DNA of 64,000 bases from Desulfurivibrionaceae bacterium (GCA_046537975.1 JBKHJR010000002.1:35695-99694); one strand, 5' to 3'; shown: positions 1 through 9,541, counted from the first letter of the stretch. A program made the numbers and translations. Notes: generated from the sequence alone by a model not told the origin.

Positions 1-528
1 GTAGGAGGAAGCCATGACCTTTTCAAAGAAACTGGTGGCGGGCTGATCCTTTCTCATGGCTAATTCTTCCAGGACCACCCTTTTTTCCCTTTCCAGCTCT
101 TGGGGATCAAAAACCGCATTAAGAACGGCGTCACTCAGGACCTCAAGACCTTTTTCCCGATGACGGTTGGGCATGGTGGCATGATATACCGTGTATTCGT
201 AACCGGTATAGGCGTTTATTTTCCCCCCCAGCCCTTCGACCATCCCTGCTATTTCCCCGGGACCTCTGTCCGGGGTACCCTTGAAGATCATGTGTTCAAT
301 CACATGGGTGATTCCGGCCTGTTCCTGTTCTTCATAGATGCTGCCGGCTTTCACCCAGATCTGTACTGTTGCCGCCCGGCTCCCCTCCACATCCTTGGCT
401 ATCAGGGTCAGCCCGTTGTCCAGTTCTTCTTTGTAGAGATCCGGAGCGATTTCCCCGGCAACTGATGGTTTTATCGGCATAAAGAGTAATATCAGCAGAA
501 AAGTTAGATAATAATAAGGTAATTTCAT
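1..528 (-). CDS. M16 (pitrilysin/insulinase) family zinc peptidase, N-terminal part; the gene continues beyond the left window edge
   Basis: Own translation of the minus strand from ATG 528-526: MKLPYYYLTFLLILLFMPIKPSVAGEIAPDLYKEELDNGLTLIAKDVEGSRAATVQIWVKAGSIYEEQEQAGITHVIEHMIFKGT... It has a signal-peptide-like N-terminus and the inverted zinc motif HxxEH (HVIEH). It is absent from the ORF track because it has no stop in the window. The + ORF 100..465 is its antisense shadow. Confidence 0.8.
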   Translation of the reverse strand, partial: MKLPYYYLTFLLILLFMPIKPSVAGEIAPDLYKEELDNGLTLIAKDVEGSRAATVQIWVKAGSIYEEQEQAGITHVIEHMIFKGTPDRGPGEIAGMVEGLGGKINAYTGYEYTVYHATMPNRHREKGLEVLSDAVLNAVFDPQELEREKRVVLEELAMRKDQPATSFFEKVMASSY

Positions 529-566
529 GGCATACAGGGTTTCATGGTTCACGGTTTCCGGTTCAT

Positions 567-1364
567 TCACTTGCTCCATCTTCTCTTTATTACCGTATAC
601 CAGAGAAGGACTCCTGAACCAACCATTATTATACACAGTATCTGTCCTCTGGTTAACAGGTCAGCCCAGAGCCCGATATGGGCGTCCGGAGCCCGGAAGA
701 ATTCAACCAGGAAACGAAAGGCTCCGTAAAGAATAAGGAATAAGACAAGGATTGTCCCTGAAGGCCACCCCTTTTCATATTTTTTTCTGCCCAGGGGCCA
801 GAGAATCAGAAAAAGCACCAGCCCTTCCAGCAGGGCTTCGTATAACTGGGAAGGATGTCTGGGGTAAGGGCCCGCTCCCGGAAAAATCATGCCCCAGGGT
901 TGCTCCGTTATTCTGCCGTAAAGCTCGCCGTTGATAAAATTGCCCAGTCGTCCCAGTCCCAATCCTATGGGGGCTGTTACTATGTAACTGTCTGCAGTGT
1001 TGAAAAAATCAAGTCCTTTTAGACGGCAGAACAGGTACCCCCCGGCAATTAAAGCTACCAGGCCTCCGTGAAAGGACATGCCTCCCTGCCAGGTGGCCAG
1101 AATTTCCAGGGGATTATGCAGGTAATATCCCGGATTATAAAAGAAGATATACCCCAGTCTGGCCCCTATGATCAGACAAATTATCAGGACAGTGTTGAGG
1201 TTATCGAACTGGGATCTAAGCCCTTCCAGCTTATACAGCCGGATCTGCCTGCGCACGAGAAGGTAGGTGGCGATAAACCCCAGGATATACATCAGGCCAT
1301 ACCAGCGCACCTGGACAGGTCCTAAGGAAACAATTACAGGGTCGATCTGTGGATAAGGGAGCAT
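567..1364 (-). CDS. lgt: Prolipoprotein diacylglyceryl transferase
   Basis: 265 aa polytopic membrane protein with the Lgt motifs RWYGLMY, SFHGGL and GRLGNFINGELYG. Confidence 0.95.
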   Translation of the reverse strand: MLPYPQIDPVIVSLGPVQVRWYGLMYILGFIATYLLVRRQIRLYKLEGLRSQFDNLNTVLIICLIIGARLGYIFFYNPGYYLHNPLEILATWQGGMSFHGGLVALIAGGYLFCRLKGLDFFNTADSYIVTAPIGLGLGRLGNFINGELYGRITEQPWGMIFPGAGPYPRHPSQLYEALLEGLVLFLILWPLGRKKYEKGWPSGTILVLFLILYGAFRFLVEFFRAPDAHIGLWADLLTRGQILCIIMVGSGVLLWYTVIKRRWSK

Positions 1365-1628
1365 TTCAGTCTCTCTAAGTAGTTATGTCTTTAAACTGCA
1401 AATAAAATTTTATTGATACCAACATACGGTCAAGGCTCTTATTTTTCAAGTTTAACTTTCCAGGAGTCCTCAAGGCAAAAAAATCATAGAATTATCAGTC
1501 CGGAATCCTTCTTGTAAGTTCGCCGCAGGTCAGGAATTGAATTCATGGTTATGGATGGAGAAAAGGGCCCGGTATCCATGACTGAATTTAAGGGCACAGT
1601 AAGCCAGAGGAAAATGCTCAATAATCCA

Positions 1629-1658
1629 TTGACATGGATTCGAACAATGTTATATATT
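1629..1658 (+). promoter_or_regulatory. Near-consensus sigma-70 promoter for the small ORF at 1715
   Basis: TTGACA at 1629-1634, then a 17-18 nt spacer, then an A/T-rich -10 (ATATAT 1652-1657 or TATATT 1653-1658). It lies about 55 nt upstream of the ATG, which is preceded by AAGGAGAG. Confidence 0.5.
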
Positions 1659-1714
1659 ATAAATTAATTACAGTTAAGTGGTAACCAATAAACTCTAATT
1701 TCAAGGAGAGAAAA

Positions 1715-1933
1715 ATGGCTAAGAAATTGATCACTCTGGCAATGACCCTGGCTTTCACTGTAAGTGTCGTAGGCATTTCTCTGGCCGGCAGAACCGACTG
1801 TGAAGTAGAAAAAATTGAAAAAGATACTGTAACCATGAAGTGCCGCTCCACCGAGGGCATGAAAGAAGGTACCAAGGTTAAGGTAATGTACAGAGGCGGC
1901 GCCAGCAAAAGCCGCGGGATCGAAGGCTGTTAA
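1715..1933 (+). CDS. Small secreted Cys-containing protein (72 aa), function unknown
   Basis: N-terminal signal peptide MAKKLITLAMTLAFTVSVVGISLAG. The mature part is about 47 aa, lysine-rich, has 3 Cys and ends IEGC. Strong SD (AAGGAGAG), a strong upstream promoter and a strong terminator directly downstream. Confidence 0.6.
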   Translation: MAKKLITLAMTLAFTVSVVGISLAGRTDCEVEKIEKDTVTMKCRSTEGMKEGTKVKVMYRGGASKSRGIEGC

Positions 1934-1965
1934 GCGTAACAGTAACTTAGATAACGTTTTAAGAG

Positions 1966-1999
1966 ACCGTTTTGTCTTCGGATGAAACGGTTTTTTTTT
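1966..1999 (+). terminator. Intrinsic terminator (11-bp stem, UUCG tetraloop, U8 tract)
   Basis: ACCGTTTTGTC-TTCG-GATGAAACGGT followed by TTTTTTTT. Pairing was checked base by base (two G-U pairs). Confidence 0.85.
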
Positions 2000-2024
2000 A
2001 TTAAGACTTATTCAAAGCTGGGGT

Positions 2025-2834
2025 ATGGAAATATTATATGCAGTCTTTCTGGGTTTACTGCAGGGGGCAACCGAGTTTCTGCCGGTATCCAGTTCAGGCC
2101 ACCTAATTCTGGCCCAGGAATTTTTTGGTATCAGCCTGGGAGGACTGGCTTTTGATGTCACCCTTCACCTGGGCACACTTCTGGCTATCCTGGTATACTT
2201 CCGCAATGATTTTTACAGCCTGGGACGGGCCTTTTTTTTCCTTGATAAAGGGGAACAGGCAAACAGACTCCGACGCCAGATATTCTATATAGTTATTGCC
2301 ACCATCCCGGCGGTAATTGCCGGGGTTCTTCTGGAAGATACCGTTGAAACCACCTTCCGTTCCCCTCTCCTGGTAGCCGTTACTCTCTCCGCTCTCGGTT
2401 TTCTGCTTTGGCTGGGGGAAAAGAAGGGGACCAGAAGCAGGGGTATTGAGTCCATGAGATTAAAGGATGCCGGGATAATCGGTCTGGCCCAGGCCTTTGC
2501 CATTATTCCCGGGGTCTCGCGAAGTGGAAGTACCATAACCGCCGGTCTTTTCCTGGGCCTGGAAAGACCGGTCTGCGCCCTGTTTTCTTTTCTTCTCTCC
2601 GCGCCCATAATTTTCGGGGCCGGAATATACCAGGTTCCCCAGATCCTGGAACAGGGGATAGACGGCCGGCAGGCCCTTTTTTATCTTTTCGGTTTTGCTT
2701 CCTCGACCTTTTTCGGCTATCTTTTTATCTCTTTTCTCATGAGATTTGTCAGAACAAGGTCTCTGGCGGTTTTTGCCTATTACCGTTTTTTCCTCTCCGC
2801 CTTGGTGGTAGTGGTTCTTGTTTTGGGGTTTTAA
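2025..2834 (+). CDS. uppP: Undecaprenyl-diphosphate phosphatase
   Basis: 269 aa membrane protein. It carries the BacA/UppP signature EFLPVSSSGHL near the N-terminus and PGVSRSG in the second half. Confidence 0.95.
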   Translation: MEILYAVFLGLLQGATEFLPVSSSGHLILAQEFFGISLGGLAFDVTLHLGTLLAILVYFRNDFYSLGRAFFFLDKGEQANRLRRQIFYIVIATIPAVIAGVLLEDTVETTFRSPLLVAVTLSALGFLLWLGEKKGTRSRGIESMRLKDAGIIGLAQAFAIIPGVSRSGSTITAGLFLGLERPVCALFSFLLSAPIIFGAGIYQVPQILEQGIDGRQALFYLFGFASSTFFGYLFISFLMRFVRTRSLAVFAYYRFFLSALVVVVLVLGF

Positions 2835-2889
2835 GAGAGTTTGAAAATTAAAAATAAAAGATCAAAGACAAGGAAGAGGAATTTTTGTT

Positions 2890-3594
2890 ATGAAAAATGA
2901 TCAGCTGCCTGAGAAAGGGCAGGAAATTGTTAAACGTCTGCGCCGGAATTACCGGGTGGGTTTTGAGCCCTACAAGGTAAGGGATATCAACCTGGATCTT
3001 CTGAAAGTAACCGATCTTGAGCACTTACTGGGAGGCAAAGACCCTTTCGCCGACGTCTCCAGTTTTCCTTTCTGGGTAAAGCTGTGGGAGGCGGCGATGG
3101 TCCTTTCCGAGGTAATGGCAGTTATGGAACCGGACCAGGACAAGAGGGTGCTGGAATTGGGAGCAGGAATAGGGGTTCCGGGGCTGGTGGCTGCAGCCCG
3201 GGGATTCCAGGTTACTCTCAGCGACTATGAACCCCACATACTTGACTTTCAGAGAGTGAGTGCAATGGCCAGCCACCTCGACAATGTGGATTTCAGGATA
3301 ATTGACTGGAAAAAACCGCCTGATCTACCCCCCTTCGATATTATTCTGGGAGCGGAAATACTTTTCCGGGACGAGTTCTTTGAACCGCTGCTCAATGTCT
3401 TCAACCGTTACCTGAAACCGGGGGGCGAGATATATATGGCCCATGATTCCCGGCGCCAGAGTCTTCCCCGCTTTCTCAATCTTGCCCAGAAGGATTACGA
3501 AATCGGCACCCGTTCCCGGCAGATGACCTCGGAGGACGGGGAGTTGACCATCCTGTTGAATCGTCTGCGCAAGCGCAGCACCAATACTTCCTGA
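2890..3594 (+). CDS. Class I SAM-dependent methyltransferase (lysine-methyltransferase-like, Methyltransf_16/PrmA flavour)
   Basis: 234 aa. SAM motif I VLELGAGIGVPG followed by TLSDYE, with the upstream LWEAAMVL element typical of that subgroup. The substrate cannot be inferred. Confidence 0.7.
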   Translation: MKNDQLPEKGQEIVKRLRRNYRVGFEPYKVRDINLDLLKVTDLEHLLGGKDPFADVSSFPFWVKLWEAAMVLSEVMAVMEPDQDKRVLELGAGIGVPGLVAAARGFQVTLSDYEPHILDFQRVSAMASHLDNVDFRIIDWKKPPDLPPFDIILGAEILFRDEFFEPLLNVFNRYLKPGGEIYMAHDSRRQSLPRFLNLAQKDYEIGTRSRQMTSEDGELTILLNRLRKRSTNTS

Positions 3595-3599
3595 TACAG

Positions 3600-4427
3600 A
3601 TGCGGTTTTCTGATATAGACTGGAATCTCCTCTGGCAGGAGGCCCGGCAGAAAAAGGCCTGGAGGAAAAAGACCAGGGCGGACTGGGACAGAAAGGCCCC
3701 GGGTTTTGCCAGGCGCAATTCCGACTCTCCTTTCATAAAACGCCTGCTGGAACTCATGCAGCCTCAGTCCCACTGGAGTGTCCTGGATGTGGGCTCAGGG
3801 CCGGGAACCCTTGCCCTGCCACTGGCCCGCCTGGTCAGGCGGGTAACGGCCCTGGACTACTCCGAGGTTATGGTGGAGGAACTGCATAAGGCCGCCTCCA
3901 GAAAGGGAATCACCAACATTGACACCGGGGTTGTTTCCTGGACTGATGACTGGCTTGAGGCCGGGATCAGGCAGCACGACATTGCTATCAGTTCCCGGTC
4001 CCTTTCGGTTTTCGACCTCGAGTCCGCTCTCTGGAAGTTGAACAACTGGGCCAAAGAGAAGGTGTTTGTAGTGGACAGAGTGGGCAGCGGTCCTTTTGAT
4101 CCTGATTTGTTCAAGGCTGTAGGCCGGGAGTTTGAGCCGGGACCTGATTATATTTTTACTGTTAATCTCCTTTACCGGATGGGTATTAATGCCGGGGTGG
4201 ATTTTATAGAATTGGATTATACAAAGAGGTTTTCCAGCAGACAGGAGGCGGTTGATTCCTGCAGATGGATGCTGGAGCCGCTTTCCGGGGAAGAGGAAAA
4301 GAAACTGCATGATTATGTGGATACCGGACTCATTCGGGTAGAAGACGGTTCCCTGCTGCTTCACAGGCGTCAGCCCGTGAAATGGGCCTTTTTGTCCTGG
4401 GATAAGCAGGCGGCGGCAAGCACTTGA
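3600..4427 (+). CDS. Class I SAM-dependent methyltransferase
   Basis: 275 aa with motif I VLDVGSGPGTLALPLA and post-I ALDYS. It starts 6 nt after the previous methyltransferase. Confidence 0.7.
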   Translation: MRFSDIDWNLLWQEARQKKAWRKKTRADWDRKAPGFARRNSDSPFIKRLLELMQPQSHWSVLDVGSGPGTLALPLARLVRRVTALDYSEVMVEELHKAASRKGITNIDTGVVSWTDDWLEAGIRQHDIAISSRSLSVFDLESALWKLNNWAKEKVFVVDRVGSGPFDPDLFKAVGREFEPGPDYIFTVNLLYRMGINAGVDFIELDYTKRFSSRQEAVDSCRWMLEPLSGEEEKKLHDYVDTGLIRVEDGSLLLHRRQPVKWAFLSWDKQAAAST

Positions 4428-4463
4428 TAAACGTACTATTACGAGCTCTGAATTAGTGATATT

Positions 4464-5810
4464 ATGAGAATTATAATCGCCGGGGCCGGGCAGGTCGGTC
4501 AATATCTCTGTGCAAAGTTGTCCGAGGAAGGCCAGGAGGTTGTCCTGGTGGATAATGATGAGGCTAAGCTCAAACGGGTGGAGAGGAATCTGAACCTCCT
4601 CGCGGTCCATGGCAGTGCTGCCTCGGCCCGAATCCTGGAAGAGGCCGGAATAGACAGGTCGGACCTCTTCATTGCCGTGACGGACAGTGATGAAGTGAAC
4701 CTGATTTCCTGCATTATTTCCCGGCAGTACAATGTCATAAGCAGGGTGGCCAGAGTTCGTAATGAAGACTTTTACGGCTCGGGAAGGGCCCTTACCGAAC
4801 AGGCCCTGGGGGTTGATCTCCTTATCAGCCCCGATATCGCCATGGCTGATGAAACCATCAAGCTCAGTCATCTTTCCGATGCTTTTGATGTGGCTGAATT
4901 TGCCGGAGGTCAGGTGGTTCTTTTAGGATATAATATAAACCAGGGCAATCCGGCTATAGGGGTGTCATTGGCCCGGCTCCAGAAGAAACAGAAACAGAAC
5001 AATTTTGTTATTGTCTCAATTATAAGGGAAGAGAAAACGATAATCCCCCATGGGGATACGATCATCCAGGCGAATGACAAGATCTATGTTGTGGCCAGGA
5101 AAAAGGATATCCTGGCGATTGCCTCTCTTTTCCAATTCACCACCAGAGCTGCTAAAAGAGTCTTTATTATAGGAGGGGGAGCCATAGGCTATCTCATTGC
5201 CAAAAGGATGGAGCAGCACAGGTTCAATGTCTGCCTGGTGGAAGAGAAAAAAGAGCGCTGCGATTTCCTTACCAGTGAGCTGGAACATACCGTGGTCCTT
5301 AATTTCGATGGTCTGGAGTCTGACGCCCTTCTGGAAGAGGGAATCGATATGGCGGATTTGGTGATCTCGGTAACAGAAAACGATACCACCAATCTCCTCT
5401 CCAGTCTGCTTGCCAAGCACCACGGTGCTAAAAGATGTATAACCAAAATCACCAGGCCTGATTTCAGTCCTCTTCTGGGAAAATTAGGCATTGATGTGGC
5501 TCTGAGTCCCCGTCTGGTGGCTGCGGATATGATTCTGAGGTTTGTCCGGGGACGCGGCAAGATCCTTTCCGTGGCCACCCTCCAGAACAGTGATGCGGAA
5601 GTCATGGAAATGCTGGTCCCGGATGATGTCAAATTCAGGGATGTGCCCCTGAAAACTCTGGAATGGCCCAGAGACGCGGTGCTTGGGGCGATAATTCGCA
5701 GAAAGAAGGTAATTATTCCTTCAGGGGAGACCAAGTTGAAGGCAGGAGATAAAATGGTCATCTTTGCCACCCGAGAGGCGATCAGCAGGGTAGAGAATTT
5801 TTTTGAATGA
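4464..5810 (+). CDS. trkA: Trk potassium uptake system NAD-binding protein
   Basis: 448 aa with a duplicated RCK-N/RCK-C organisation. It has Rossmann motifs IIIAGAGQVG and IIGGGAIG. Confidence 0.9.
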   Translation: MRIIIAGAGQVGQYLCAKLSEEGQEVVLVDNDEAKLKRVERNLNLLAVHGSAASARILEEAGIDRSDLFIAVTDSDEVNLISCIISRQYNVISRVARVRNEDFYGSGRALTEQALGVDLLISPDIAMADETIKLSHLSDAFDVAEFAGGQVVLLGYNINQGNPAIGVSLARLQKKQKQNNFVIVSIIREEKTIIPHGDTIIQANDKIYVVARKKDILAIASLFQFTTRAAKRVFIIGGGAIGYLIAKRMEQHRFNVCLVEEKKERCDFLTSELEHTVVLNFDGLESDALLEEGIDMADLVISVTENDTTNLLSSLLAKHHGAKRCITKITRPDFSPLLGKLGIDVALSPRLVAADMILRFVRGRGKILSVATLQNSDAEVMEMLVPDDVKFRDVPLKTLEWPRDAVLGAIIRRKKVIIPSGETKLKAGDKMVIFATREAISRVENFFE

Positions 5811-5826
5811 TGCCGGCTCCCGCTTG

Positions 5827-5847
5827 CCTGAAACCTGAAAACTGAAC
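5827..5847 (+). repeat. Short heptad array (CCTGAAA CCTGAAA ACTGAAC) abutting the NUDIX start codon
   Basis: Three 7-nt units read directly in the trkA-NUDIX spacer. They resemble the GAAACUU/AACUNNN units that precede start codons in the larger elements. Confidence 0.4.
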
Positions 5848-5852
5848 TTATT

Positions 5853-6272
5853 ATGAAATGTCCGGAATGCGGCAAATCGATCCAGGTCTATAAACATCCC
5901 CTGCCCACCGTGGATGTGATAATTGAACTGGAAGGGGGGATTGTGCTGGTGGAAAGAAAAAATCCCCCGGTAGGCTGGGCTCTGCCCGGAGGTTTTGTGG
6001 ATCCGGGGGAGTCTCTGGAAAAGGCGGCCTGCAGAGAGGCCAGGGAGGAAACCGGGCTCGAGGTGACCCTGATCAGGCAGTTTCATACTTATTCCGATCC
6101 GGACAGGGACCCCAGATTTCATACCATTTCCACCGTGTATATAGGCCGGGCTGAGGGCACTCCCCGGGGCGGTGATGATGCCGGGAAAGCCCGGGTCTTT
6201 ACCCGGGATAACCTCCCTGATCTGGTTTTTGATCACGGCAGGATCATCCGGGATTATTTCCGGGAAAGATAA
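5853..6272 (+). CDS. NUDIX hydrolase with an N-terminal CxxC element
   Basis: 139 aa. Nudix box [24 protein letters not shown] (GX5EX7REUXEEXGU). The N-terminal MKCPECG contributes two Cys; I see no second Cys pair, so a zinc ribbon is not supported. Confidence 0.85.
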   Translation: MKCPECGKSIQVYKHPLPTVDVIIELEGGIVLVERKNPPVGWALPGGFVDPGESLEKAACREAREETGLEVTLIRQFHTYSDPDRDPRFHTISTVYIGRAEGTPRGGDDAGKARVFTRDNLPDLVFDHGRIIRDYFRER

Positions 6273-6348
6273 AACAAAAGTTGTTTTTACTTTTTTTCTC
6301 TGGTAAAAGGGGATTTTTGGAGAATAATGTTAAGGAGGAAGATGTCTA

Positions 6349-8100
6349 ATGGTTAACAATCAAACAACTCAAACCCCAACCACTCAATCTGATAATCTGG
6401 AAAGCGGCCAGGAAGATCTGAGTTTTGAATCCCTCTTTTACGAAGAGGAAATCAAAATAGCTACCGTAGGCGAGGTAGTTCCCGGTACCATTATTGGAAT
6501 ATCAGGTGGTTGTGCCATCATCGATATTGAAGACAAATCGGAAAGCGAGATTCCTTTAAGTGAGTTTAACAATCCCACGGATGAGGGACAGGTTCAAGTC
6601 GGTGATACTTTTGACGTTTTTGTGGAAAAACGTGAAGCTGAAGGGGGACTCAAGCTCTCCCGGGAAAAGGCGATAAGTATAAAGGTCTGGGAAAATATCG
6701 CCCAGATCCAGGAAGAAGACGGAGTTATTCAGGGAAGGGTAGACAGCCGGGTCAAAGGTGGTCTTTCCGTGGATATCGGTGTCCCTGCTTTTCTGCCTTA
6801 CTCCCAGATTGATCTCAGACCGGTCAAGGATCTTGACAGTCTTATCGGTGAAGAGTTCGATTTCAAGATCCTTAAATATAATCGTAAGCGCAATAACGTC
6901 GTTATTTCCCGCAGAGCCATTCTGGAAGAGGAAAGGCAGAAACTGCGCGACCAGATGAGGGAAACCCTGGAAGAGGGGGCCGTTCTCAGAGGCACCGTAA
7001 CCAATATTACGGATTACGGGGTCTTTATAGACCTGGGCGGCCTGGACGGTCTCTGTCATATTACCGATCTCTCCTGGGGAAGGGTTTCTCATCCCTCCAA
7101 GCTTTTCAGAGTAGGGGAAGAAACGGACGTCAAGGTTCTAAAGTATGACAAGGAGTCCGATAAGGTTTCCCTGGGTATAAAACAGCTTAAGCCCGATCCC
7201 TGGACCACCGTGGAAGAAAACTATCCGGTGGGCTCCAAGTGCACCGGCAAGGTGGTAAGCATCACTGATTACGGGGTTTTTGTTGAACTGGAAGAAGGGG
7301 TCGAGGGTCTGGTTCATATCTCGGAAATGTCCTGGTCCAAAAAGACCAAACATCCCTCCAAGCTGGTTTCGGTCGGCGATGAAATTGATGTGGTCGTCCT
7401 TAATATAGATGTCAATGCCAAGCGCATTTCCCTCGGCATGAAGCAGCTCCAGGAGAACCCCTGGGATGTGGTTATGCAGAATTATCCTGTCGGCTCCATA
7501 ATAGAGGGCAAGATCAAGAATATCACCGACTTCGGTATATTCATAGGTATTGAAGAGGGAATTGACGGTCTTATCCATGTCTCCGACATTTCCTGGACCG
7601 AGCGGATAAGGCACCCGTCCGAGAAGTACAGCAAGGGTGAAACCATCCAGGCAGTAGTCCTGAATATAGACCGGGATAATGAGAGGTTTTCACTGGGGAT
7701 CAAACAGCTGACCCCGGATCCCTGGCAGGAGGCTGTGCATAAATATCCGGTAGGATCGGTTATTGAAGGTGTGGTTACCAATATCACCGATTTCGGTGTC
7801 TTTGTGGAGATTGAAGACGGTATCGAAGGCCTTATTCATGTCTCGGAGATAAGCGAGGAAAAAACCGAGACTCCTGTGGGCATGTACAATGTGGGAGATA
7901 AAATTACCACCAAGGTAATCAGCCTCTCTCCGGAAGACCGCAAGATCGGTCTGTCCATAAAGGCCCTTTCGGAAAAAGGCAAAAGTGAAACCGGTGCTGC
8001 TGCAGAGGAATACGCCGACAAGCAGAAAGATACCGGTCCCGCCACCCTGGGTGATCTTTTCAAGGAAGAATTTGATAACCAGGAGAAAGAGAACGAATAA
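6349..8100 (+). CDS. rpsA: 30S ribosomal protein S1
   Basis: 583 aa with six tandem S1 (OB-fold) repeats carrying recurring GxV..I...G.FV.L..g.eGL.H.SE motifs. Strong SD TAAGGAGGAAG. Confidence 0.95.
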   Translation: MVNNQTTQTPTTQSDNLESGQEDLSFESLFYEEEIKIATVGEVVPGTIIGISGGCAIIDIEDKSESEIPLSEFNNPTDEGQVQVGDTFDVFVEKREAEGGLKLSREKAISIKVWENIAQIQEEDGVIQGRVDSRVKGGLSVDIGVPAFLPYSQIDLRPVKDLDSLIGEEFDFKILKYNRKRNNVVISRRAILEEERQKLRDQMRETLEEGAVLRGTVTNITDYGVFIDLGGLDGLCHITDLSWGRVSHPSKLFRVGEETDVKVLKYDKESDKVSLGIKQLKPDPWTTVEENYPVGSKCTGKVVSITDYGVFVELEEGVEGLVHISEMSWSKKTKHPSKLVSVGDEIDVVVLNIDVNAKRISLGMKQLQENPWDVVMQNYPVGSIIEGKIKNITDFGIFIGIEEGIDGLIHVSDISWTERIRHPSEKYSKGETIQAVVLNIDRDNERFSLGIKQLTPDPWQEAVHKYPVGSVIEGVVTNITDFGVFVEIEDGIEGLIHVSEISEEKTETPVGMYNVGDKITTKVISLSPEDRKIGLSIKALSEKGKSETGAAAEEYADKQKDTGPATLGDLFKEEFDNQEKENE

Positions 8101-8234
8101 GCATTCTTGTGTCCGCTGTTTGTTCTGACTGCGCATTCGTCTGTTGCTTACGGTTTTCAGTTTACTGTTTAAGGAGATTTTCCGTAAAGATCCAGTGAAC
8201 TGTTAACCGTAAGCTGCCAACCGGTACTTCACTT

Positions 8235-9173
8235 ATGGCTGCAAAATTATCATTTCCCCAGAGGCACCCCATAATAAGCGGGTTTTTAATTCTCGGTTTT
8301 CTCCTGATCTTTTTTCTGGGAGGGTTGAACTATCTCCTCAGATCCTGCACCTCTGATCTGGCCCGGAAAGGACATCTTATTTCAGGAAAGGATGAGGTGA
8401 TCGGGGTTGTGGAGGTGAAGGGAATGATCACCTCCCCTGATCGGATTATCAAGAATCTTGCCGCTTTAAGGGGAAACAAAAGCGTTAAAGGAATAGTGGT
8501 CCGTATTGAAAGTCCCGGCGGTGCGGTAGGGGCCTCCCAGGAAGTTTTCCGGGAAATAGGCCGCAGCAGCAGGGAAAAGCCTGTTGTCGCCTCTATGGGT
8601 TCGGTGGCAGCCTCCGGGGGCTATTACGTCGCCCTGGGAGCCCGGAAGATTGTAGCCAGTCCGGGAACCCTGACCGGAAGCATCGGGGTTATTCTCAAGT
8701 TTCCCAATCTCCAGGAACTCTATAAAAAGATCGGCTACGAGTCCCAGGTTGTAAAAAGCGGTGAGTTTAAAGATATAGGCTCGACTGACAAAGAGCTTAC
8801 CCAAGAAGAAAGGGATCTGTTAAACAACCTGCTCGACAATGTCTATCAGCAGTTTGTCACGGATGTCTCCCGGGAGAGGGATTTACCTGTGGAAAAGGTC
8901 AGGGAGCTGGCTGACGGTCGGATTTTTTCCGGAGAACAGGCCCTGGAGTCCGGGCTTATTGATGAAAACGGCAATTTTTATGATGCGGTCCGCCTTTGTG
9001 CTGAAATGGCGGATATGGCGGAAAAATCCCCCGAACTTTACTATCCCGGCGAAAAGAAGATGGATTTATTTAAAATCTTAAGTCGGGAAAATCTTGACGG
9101 GCTACTTGGTCTCCTGAGGAAGGGCTCGCCCGTTATTGCCTCTGAATTAACAATAGAGCGTCAGACCAGGTAA
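8235..9173 (+). CDS. sppA: Signal peptide peptidase SppA, 36K type
   Basis: 312 aa. N-terminal TM segment and the S49 motifs IESPGG and AASGGYY. Confidence 0.9.
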   Translation: MAAKLSFPQRHPIISGFLILGFLLIFFLGGLNYLLRSCTSDLARKGHLISGKDEVIGVVEVKGMITSPDRIIKNLAALRGNKSVKGIVVRIESPGGAVGASQEVFREIGRSSREKPVVASMGSVAASGGYYVALGARKIVASPGTLTGSIGVILKFPNLQELYKKIGYESQVVKSGEFKDIGSTDKELTQEERDLLNNLLDNVYQQFVTDVSRERDLPVEKVRELADGRIFSGEQALESGLIDENGNFYDAVRLCAEMADMAEKSPELYYPGEKKMDLFKILSRENLDGLLGLLRKGSPVIASELTIERQTR

Positions 9174-9220
9174 TTTCGGAATCCTGTGGAAAAGGAGAAT
9201 GGAAGTAAATTTTATCAGGG

Positions 9221-9520
9221 GTGGCTGAAATGCTGAAAAAAAATCTGATTGACCAAGTCCATGCCAAGGCCGAGCACTTCTATAAACATGAGGTAGAGGC
9301 TGCGGTAGATATCATCCTGGAGTCGATTACCAGGGCCCTGGCTGATCACAACAGGGTTGAACTCCGGGGTTTCGGATCATTTTCCGTGAGAAGCAGAGGG
9401 GGTTACTGTTATAAGCATCCCCAAAGCGGAGAGGAGATGAAGGTACCGGACCGCAAGAAAGTCCACTTCACCATGGGCAAATCCCTTAAGGATAATCTGA
9501 TAGGGCGGCAGGCACCCTGA
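9221..9520 (+). CDS. ihfB: Integration host factor beta-like DNA-bending protein (HU/IHF family)
   Basis: 99 aa. It has VELRGFGSF and the beta-arm region typical of IHF-beta rather than HU. The true start may be the ATG at 9230. Confidence 0.7.
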   Translation: MAEMLKKNLIDQVHAKAEHFYKHEVEAAVDIILESITRALADHNRVELRGFGSFSVRSRGGYCYKHPQSGEEMKVPDRKKVHFTMGKSLKDNLIGRQAP

Positions 9521-9541
9521 CTTTCTTCTGTTGTTTCCTGA

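Noticed and set aside
100-465. Plus-strand ORF of 121 aa at the left edge.
   Set aside because: The minus strand here encodes a clear M16 peptidase N-terminus (HVIEH motif) starting at 528, so the plus ORF is its antisense shadow.
3795-4871. Long antisense ORFs in the track: 3795..4871 (358 aa), 10687..11907 (406 aa), 14245..15288 (347 aa), 15895..16539, 27984..29243 (419 aa), 46194..46931 and 60852..61823 (323 aa).
   Set aside because: Each lies fully opposite a gene with unmistakable conserved motifs (methyltransferase/trkA, aminotransferase, thiC, endoIII, rpoD, uvrA, aspS). Their translations are low-complexity Gly/Pro/Arg-rich with no recognisable motif. They are typical shadow ORFs.
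8113-8150. CGCTGTTTGTTCTGACTGCG...GTCTGTTGCTT after rpsA as a possible inverted copy of the heptad-element middle (CTGTTGTCTGAC).
   Set aside because: The similarity is short and interrupted, the orientation is opposite to all other copies relative to transcription, and no flanking heptad arrays are present. It is probably coincidence.
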